Shown here: positions 58,708 through 64,000 of the stretch, one piece after another
How the letters are laid out: the number at the start of each line of letters is the position of its first letter
Position numbering within the stretch: the stretch's first letter is position 1
The notes under the pieces: model-generated
Told to the model about the DNA's origin: nothing
Databases searched by the model: none
What the model saw: the letters and a program-made list of their open reading frames with translations, nothing else
Translations under genes and position numbers: made by a program
NCBI GenBank assembly: GCA_965217035.1
Contig: OZ244226.1
Location: 496,001 to 560,000 of the forward strand
Origin: Bacteriovoracaceae bacterium
GTDB lineage: Bacteria; Bdellovibrionota; Bacteriovoracia; Bacteriovoracales; Bacteriovoracaceae
Reading direction: 5' to 3'
Length of the DNA stretch: 64,000 bases

Positions 58708-59474
58708 ACCTTAACCATATTACTCTTTTGGGAATTGATGGGATTGGAAAGTCCACTATTTTAAATAAAATGATTCCAGAACTAGGAAAGCAATTTTCCT
58801 TTGTGAGTTCACCCTCTTTTCATGAAGTAGCAGGGACCCCCTATTCAAGTCTTTCACAGGCTCTTGAACAAGTCTCTTTTAGAGCTGATGCAAAAAATGA
58901 TATCCAATCCAAATCACTCATCATGATTTTACAAGTGAGTTTATTTGGTAAAATTGAAAGCGCAATAGAGAATAAAATTATTAGCTTCAGACATCCCGTC
59001 ATTGATACAATGGTTTATGCGCCAATTTATTTAAAACTATTGAGGAAAGATTTTGATGCTTCCAGTTTCCATGATTTACTTGGTGAGGAGAAAAGTCTTC
59101 TCAAGCCTTATGTAGAAGAATTCCTTAGTCGAAATAACTTTAAAACGCTTGTGGAGGTTCTACAACATTTCATCCAAGTCTTACAAGATCCATTACCGAC
59201 TCAAATTAAAGAACTTTCTAAAATTTTTCAGACAACTCTCCCTGCTCAAGCAATCTTTTTAGATCTAAATCCCAAAATAGTGATAGAAAGAATCGAAAAT
59301 AGAGACAAAACCCTTGAACCCCATGAAAATTTTCAAATGCTTAACCTTTTAAGAAAAAACTATATCGAAACCCTCAACAACATCTCAAAAGAGCAAAAAA
59401 AGTTTACCCAAAAGAGAATCGAATTGACTGGTAATTACCTAGAAGAACTCATCTCTTTACTCAAGCATCTGTAA
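58701..59474 (+). CDS. Thymidylate kinase-like P-loop kinase (paralog B of 51715)
   Basis: LGIDGIGKST; shares P.(Y/F)HE, R.PV.D and E.HE blocks with 51715-52503. Confidence 0.78.
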   Translation: MLNLNHITLLGIDGIGKSTILNKMIPELGKQFSFVSSPSFHEVAGTPYSSLSQALEQVSFRADAKNDIQSKSLIMILQVSLFGKIESAIENKIISFRHPVIDTMVYAPIYLKLLRKDFDASSFHDLLGEEKSLLKPYVEEFLSRNNFKTLVEVLQHFIQVLQDPLPTQIKELSKIFQTTLPAQAIFLDLNPKIVIERIENRDKTLEPHENFQMLNLLRKNYIETLNNISKEQKKFTQKRIELTGNYLEELISLLKHL

Positions 59475-59508
59475 ACTAATGATGTTTTGCCTTTATAGAA
59501 AGTCATCA

Positions 59509-59525
59509 AAACTATTGTCTGATAG
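59509..59525 (+). repeat. 17-bp direct repeat, right island boundary
   Basis: AAACTATTGTCTGATAG, identical to 40778-40794. Confidence 0.85.
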
Positions 59526-59549
59526 TCGCTTGTCTATCAAAATAGTTTT

Positions 59550-60113
59550 ATGACAACCACTTCAATATTTCTTTTTCTTTCACTCGTCTTATTTGTCATT
59601 GTCGATAGTTTTTCAGGGATTAAAGCGGCACTCATAACCTCACTTATCTTTGCAACAGCGTCAGTGCTTTATTCTCTCCATGCAATTGGCGAAATTGACT
59701 GGGTTACGGGACTTGAGTTTTCGCTTATTCTTCTCTTTGGAGGAATTTCTTATTGGAAGAAAACGAGTATTCAGTTCAAGCTTCAGCCGGTTATTCTCAG
59801 TGTCATTGTAACTATCGCTTGCTTTATCACCTACAACATGGGGCAACCTTTTATTCTCGAACTCATGGATAAGTATCAAGCTATTTTCCCTGAAGAAACT
59901 CAACGAAAGCTCCAAGACATTAGTGTGAGAATGTTTATTGCTGAGTGGAACTATTATCTTGGTTATTCACTTCTGATTCATGCCGCTATTACTGCTTGGG
60001 CCGCCTTTAAACTCAACAATTGGTGGTGGATATTTATGAGAGGTGTTGGTTTACTTGTTTTGGCTGGATGTGCCTTATTAGTAACACGTCTCAGTCTGAT
60101 ATCAGGGGCTTGA
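59550..60113 (+). CDS. IspZ/YciB-like inner membrane protein
   Basis: Multiple TM helices; LLFGGIS...FKLQPVI resembles the YciB motif. Confidence 0.65.
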   Translation: MTTTSIFLFLSLVLFVIVDSFSGIKAALITSLIFATASVLYSLHAIGEIDWVTGLEFSLILLFGGISYWKKTSIQFKLQPVILSVIVTIACFITYNMGQPFILELMDKYQAIFPEETQRKLQDISVRMFIAEWNYYLGYSLLIHAAITAWAAFKLNNWWWIFMRGVGLLVLAGCALLVTRLSLISGA

Positions 60114-60115
60114 AA

Positions 60116-60721
60116 ATGAATAAAAAGCAAAGTGATAAATATTACCTCACTCATGTAAAGGGGTTACTTCAGAACTATGAAGTCAGTCTTCCCGAAGAAG
60201 AGCTGATTGAATTCCTAACGCTCTTTAAACTTAAAAGCTTCGAAAAAGGTGAACATATTATCAGTCTTGATGAAAAAGTGTCTTACTTTGGAATGGTTAT
60301 GGAAGGACTTATCAGACATTATTTCAATACATTCGAAGGTAAAGAGCTCAATCAAACATTCAGATGTGAAAATGAAGTCTTTATGAATTATTACCCTCAT
60401 TTCACTGGAAAAGGGTCACCATTTGCAATTCAAGCTTTAGAACCAACAAGAGTTGCAATTGTCAGTTATGAGGAAATTGAAACTTTCTATGATAAAGATC
60501 CTGGTTGGAATATCCTTGGTCGAAAACTCCTGGAAGAGAACTTTATTATTAAAGCAGAAAGAGAAAGACAACTTTTAACTCTAGATTCAACTAATCGTTA
60601 CTTGAGTTTTAAATCAAACTTTCCAAAGCTTATCGATAGAATTCCAAAACAGCATATTGCTCTTTACTTAGGTATTAATCCTGCTTCTTTGAGTAGACTT
60701 ATAAAAGCAATTAAAGAATAA
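60116..60721 (+). CDS. Crp/Fnr-family cNMP-binding regulator
   Basis: KGEHII, GLIRHY, IQALEP, IPKQHIALYLGINPASLSR. Confidence 0.9.
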   Translation: MNKKQSDKYYLTHVKGLLQNYEVSLPEEELIEFLTLFKLKSFEKGEHIISLDEKVSYFGMVMEGLIRHYFNTFEGKELNQTFRCENEVFMNYYPHFTGKGSPFAIQALEPTRVAIVSYEEIETFYDKDPGWNILGRKLLEENFIIKAERERQLLTLDSTNRYLSFKSNFPKLIDRIPKQHIALYLGINPASLSRLIKAIKE

Positions 60722-60949
60722 AAATTATTTCCTTAGTAAGATCGACTTCAAGTCTTGGGAGTACAAAAAAGATATCAACGATAATCTGTCCTGATATTAC
60801 ATGGACCGAAATAGAGCAGTTAGATTCTCTCAATCAACTAATCGATAATGAAGAACTTTTAAAATCTGGCGAGCATAAAAAACTGAAAGCAATTGAAAGC
60901 TTATAGAGAGGGAGAGATAATTCTTAATGGAAGCCTCCCTCATTAAGCA

Positions 60950-61069
60950 TTAATAGTAGAAGAGTGAACTGGCCCATACAAAGAAACAAAAAGATAATTC
61001 CAAAACGAGGCGACATTTATTTACTCCATAGGTTTCAAGAGTTTCCTTAATTTCTTTTATCAAACTCAC
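60950..61069 (-). CDS. Putative 39-aa small protein with hydrophobic C-terminus
   Basis: AAGGAGG RBS, GTG start: MSLIKEIKETLETYGVNKCRLVLELSFCFFVWASSLFYY. Confidence 0.4.
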   Translation of the reverse strand: MSLIKEIKETLETYGVNKCRLVLELSFCFFVWASSLFYY

Positions 61070-61304
61070 CAAAAGGCCTCCTTAACATAGGTTAAATCGA
61101 GGAAAACCTTGTAAATTTGATAGAGTTTAACTCCACCAAGAAAACTATTAAGTTATAGAAAAAAGAGAAAATCATGAAATTTCGACAGTATCAAGAGAAA
61201 CTTGCTTACTTCACGCTTGAGTTAGTTTATTTTTCTATCATTTCTACTATCAAGACTCGATAGGTAAGAAAAAGAAATGTAAGTTTTGTTTGTAGAATAA
61301 AGGC

Positions 61305-62462
61305 TTATTCTTTCCAACGCTTACTCTCGATTTTTTCAAGGAGCTCACGACCTTTTTCTAACTTCTCAAAACTAAGATCCGAATCCATGAAATAAAGATC
61401 TTCTCGTAAATATCTTAATTCCTCTATATGCATATTGTGGGTGATTCCAACAACAGAAGAATTCTTTTTAATTTCGTTGTAGAGATTAATTATTCGAGTG
61501 TCAGGATTTCCATAATGGAATCGCTTGAATACCCATAGAACTACATCGATTAGTTGAAGGCCTAATGACTTGTCCGAAGGTGAAAATTCCAAAGAAACGT
61601 CTTTAAACAGCTTAACAATCTTCCCATCAAACATAGAATCCATCGCTTTCGTATTCGGAAAATGAAGACTAGATGTAATGTCGTATTGTTTCTTTAAAAA
61701 TTTCCCAAATTGCTTTTGCTCATCATGCAAAAAACTTTCGACTCTAAACTTGTTATCAGTAAAAGCCCCCTGTAAAGCATTTAATAAAAGACCCAAGGCT
61801 GCTGTATTTGGAGATACAATTTCATTAAACTTCATTGATTCAAAAATTTCATCTGGATATTCAATTGTATAAGCTAGAGCGTCTCCAATTAGTTCCTTGC
61901 TTCTATAATCTAAGTGAGATTTTTTTATTTTAGCTTTTATATCGTCTAAAACTCTTACATAGTCTTCTATCTTGCTATCTCGAACAGAATTCCAGTAATT
62001 TCTTCTATTCTCAAGACTAACGAATAATGAAAAATTGTACGCCAAAGTCAATCTCTGTATTTTAAAAGCAAGAGCAAAGTTTGTCGCAGCCTCATTCAAA
62101 CCTGGATCATAGAAATGATGGAACATCATCATATTAAGGTAATGTTGTTTTTCAATATCTATAAAAACAAACATTAACCTTTTATCGTTAATCAACTTTA
62201 TTAAATCATTTGAAATCTGAGCTATTCTGATAGCTCCAAGCTCATTTGCATGTATCTCTGAAACATTTAGAGTCTTATAAATATTCTTAAATTCTTTTAC
62301 CCATTCACTATCAATATTTTCTGAGGTAATTGTGCATCCAAGCATGAAATGAGTTTGATTTGAGTCAAAATGGTTTAGCCCTGTATTCCCTGTTTCATCA
62401 AGGTAGCATCTGAGCTTTTCTAGCTTTGGATGAAAAAAACGATTTTTACTTCTAGGATCCAT
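61305..62462 (-). CDS. DUF3800-domain protein
   Basis: YLDETGNTG, EIHA, HDEQ, GLQLIDVV. Confidence 0.8.
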   Translation of the reverse strand: MDPRSKNRFFHPKLEKLRCYLDETGNTGLNHFDSNQTHFMLGCTITSENIDSEWVKEFKNIYKTLNVSEIHANELGAIRIAQISNDLIKLINDKRLMFVFIDIEKQHYLNMMMFHHFYDPGLNEAATNFALAFKIQRLTLAYNFSLFVSLENRRNYWNSVRDSKIEDYVRVLDDIKAKIKKSHLDYRSKELIGDALAYTIEYPDEIFESMKFNEIVSPNTAALGLLLNALQGAFTDNKFRVESFLHDEQKQFGKFLKKQYDITSSLHFPNTKAMDSMFDGKIVKLFKDVSLEFSPSDKSLGLQLIDVVLWVFKRFHYGNPDTRIINLYNEIKKNSSVVGITHNMHIEELRYLREDLYFMDSDLSFEKLEKGRELLEKIESKRWKE

Positions 62463-63597
62463 TTTTTAATAGCCCTAATTTCTTTTGGTGTAAGTAAGAT
62501 TCCACTAAAAAATCAGATATCGTTTTTGCTGAGTTCACTGATAACTTTGCATGATGTGAAGATGGTTTATATCTCGCTCCATGAGCATCACTCGCATTAT
62601 TTCTTAATCCTGCTAATCCGTTCACAATACTTATCAAGCCTGTAAATATCTGTCTCATTGAGTTATTTACTTCTTTTTTTCCAGGATCAAGATTTAAGGT
62701 TTTATATACTCTTTTATATAACTTAACTAAATCACCATCGTATTTCACCTCCATTCCTTCTAAATTTTGCTCTAGCTCTATTAAAATATTCTCTAATAAT
62801 GATCTTGCATTCGTAATTGCTCCTGAGAAATCTTTATTTTCAATTTTTTCATCACACTTTTGCAAATGCTCTTCAATATAATGAATATTGATTTCATCCC
62901 TCTTATCAAATAGATGTGATTTTACAGAAGTAATTCCTTTTTCGTTGAGTTGATAGCGGGAACCAATTTTTAACAATTGATACCCATCTAGGTCAAAGAA
63001 ATCTTTAAGATAATCAGCAGCCTCTTCCACCTCAAATTTAGTATCAATAAAAAAAAGAGGATTCAAAGATTCTGTCACAACCCTTTCAAATTCTTCTCTC
63101 ACAAATGCTTCCTTTAATTTCTCTTGAGCATAAAACCACCTAGAAGGAAAACCAACACCGTAACTTTCTTGATCAAGAAATTCATTAAAGAAACTAACAA
63201 GTTCACGCCCTGACCGATACGGAGACAATTCTTTATCTCCTGTAATAATATCAGCAACAGCTCTTATCGTTTTATCTGAAAATGCTATTTGCACTTTATT
63301 TTCAGGTGTAGGCACGAGAGCACACCAATTAATATTTTCAATATAACATGACAAGGATTGAGACAATTCTTGAATTGCATTTTCTATTTGATTAACTTCG
63401 TTCTTCGACTCTTTAATTCTTTCTAAGATTTTTCTTGGACACATTATCTGCAGAGAGAATATATCAGTGCTTCCTTCCCCTTGAAGAGCAAATCCTGTGT
63501 CATGATAAATAAGATTCAACTTACATGGCCGTAGAATTTTAACAGCATTATGCTCATCACCATCTTTTAACCAAGAAATTATTTGTTCTTTATCCAT
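62452..63597 (-). CDS. Abortive-infection family protein (AbiJ-like N-terminal region + Abi_C/HEPN)
   Basis: PYRSG..LV.FFN, GFPSRW, GAITNARSLLE, LRNNASDAHG. Confidence 0.82.
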   Translation of the reverse strand: MDKEQIISWLKDGDEHNAVKILRPCKLNLIYHDTGFALQGEGSTDIFSLQIMCPRKILERIKESKNEVNQIENAIQELSQSLSCYIENINWCALVPTPENKVQIAFSDKTIRAVADIITGDKELSPYRSGRELVSFFNEFLDQESYGVGFPSRWFYAQEKLKEAFVREEFERVVTESLNPLFFIDTKFEVEEAADYLKDFFDLDGYQLLKIGSRYQLNEKGITSVKSHLFDKRDEINIHYIEEHLQKCDEKIENKDFSGAITNARSLLENILIELEQNLEGMEVKYDGDLVKLYKRVYKTLNLDPGKKEVNNSMRQIFTGLISIVNGLAGLRNNASDAHGARYKPSSHHAKLSVNSAKTISDFLVESYLHQKKLGLLKNGS

Positions 63598-64000
63598 CTC
63601 AAACTCAAAAGTAAAAATCTCTTATCTAACTTTTAGAAAAAGTTAGATTTTAAAAACTATCGGACTAAATTATTTATCCCATAAACAATCGCCCATCACG
63701 AATAAGACATTTAAAATTTGAATAGATTTGTAAGATTAGAACAGCTTGTACTTCCTGCCTTGTTTAAGGAGGATGTTTAACGGTCAACTTTTAATATTAA
63801 GATCATATCCAGTTTTTTCAGTTCAAAAGCGAGTAAGAAACCTTTCAGATCAAGAAACTCTAACCCTAAAATCTTTGAATCTTAAGCCAGCTTTTAAATG
63901 TAAGGAATCGTGGAAAATCGAATTTTAGAAATAAAAATCAGCTTATTTCTACATAAAACGACATTTAGCCTGCTATAATTGCTGCTATCAAAGCAGAATT

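Larger units (their letters stand above)
40778..59525. mobile_element. Putative genomic island carrying a lipid-biosynthesis cluster (no integrase seen)
   Basis: Exact 17-bp direct repeats in the intergenic regions on both sides of a functionally coherent 13-gene block. Confidence 0.55.

Noticed and set aside
41049..59474. Phosphonolipid (sphingophosphonolipid) cluster
   Set aside because: No PEP mutase or phosphonopyruvate decarboxylase in the window; the PEP-utilising proteins are dikinase-type, not mutases
1193..62645. Numerous 60-135 aa ORFs nested in or antisense to larger genes
   Set aside because: Shadow frames of well-supported CDSs with no independent signals
63746..63928. 60-aa ORF near the window end
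   Set aside because: TTG start without RBS and no motif; may be decayed sequence
1..64000. CRISPR array, tRNA/rRNA, integrase or transposase
   Set aside because: No regularly spaced repeats, cloverleaf or rRNA signatures, or recombinase motifs seen by eye

Overview
AT-rich bacterial chromosome segment. A TIGR02147/DUF4423 HTH gene, many Sec-secreted orphans and the accD-folC-lptD and ffh-rpsP-khpA-rimM-trmD-SPOUT-rplS-rnhB-yraN-rsmI gene orders suggest a predatory Bdellovibrionota, probably Bacteriovoracia (inference). About 1-40.7 kb is mostly housekeeping with accessory insertions: a DUF4423 gene plus secreted-protein cassette, a PP2C/FecR/HATPase/STAS/PilZ signalling cluster and a mini-CheA. 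The standout is a ~18.7 kb, 13-gene lipid-chemistry island (40.8-59.5 kb) bounded by an exact 17-bp direct repeat. It encodes an SPT-like oxoamine synthase, an SDR, a TamH-like transaminase/acyl-thioester reductase fusion, two PigC/RPH-type dikinases, an MMPL exporter, an MBL hydrolase, three TMK-like kinases, a nucleotidyltransferase, a HAD and a DAGK/sphingosine kinase. Other signals read from the sequence: a candidate ~80-nt Csr/Rsm-like sRNA with GGA loops, a dispersed ~124-bp hairpin repeat (one copy in-frame in a gene's N-terminus) and an Abi_C/HEPN + DUF3800 candidate defence pair. I found no rRNA, tRNA, CRISPR array, integrase or transposase. All family calls rest on motif recognition, not database searches.
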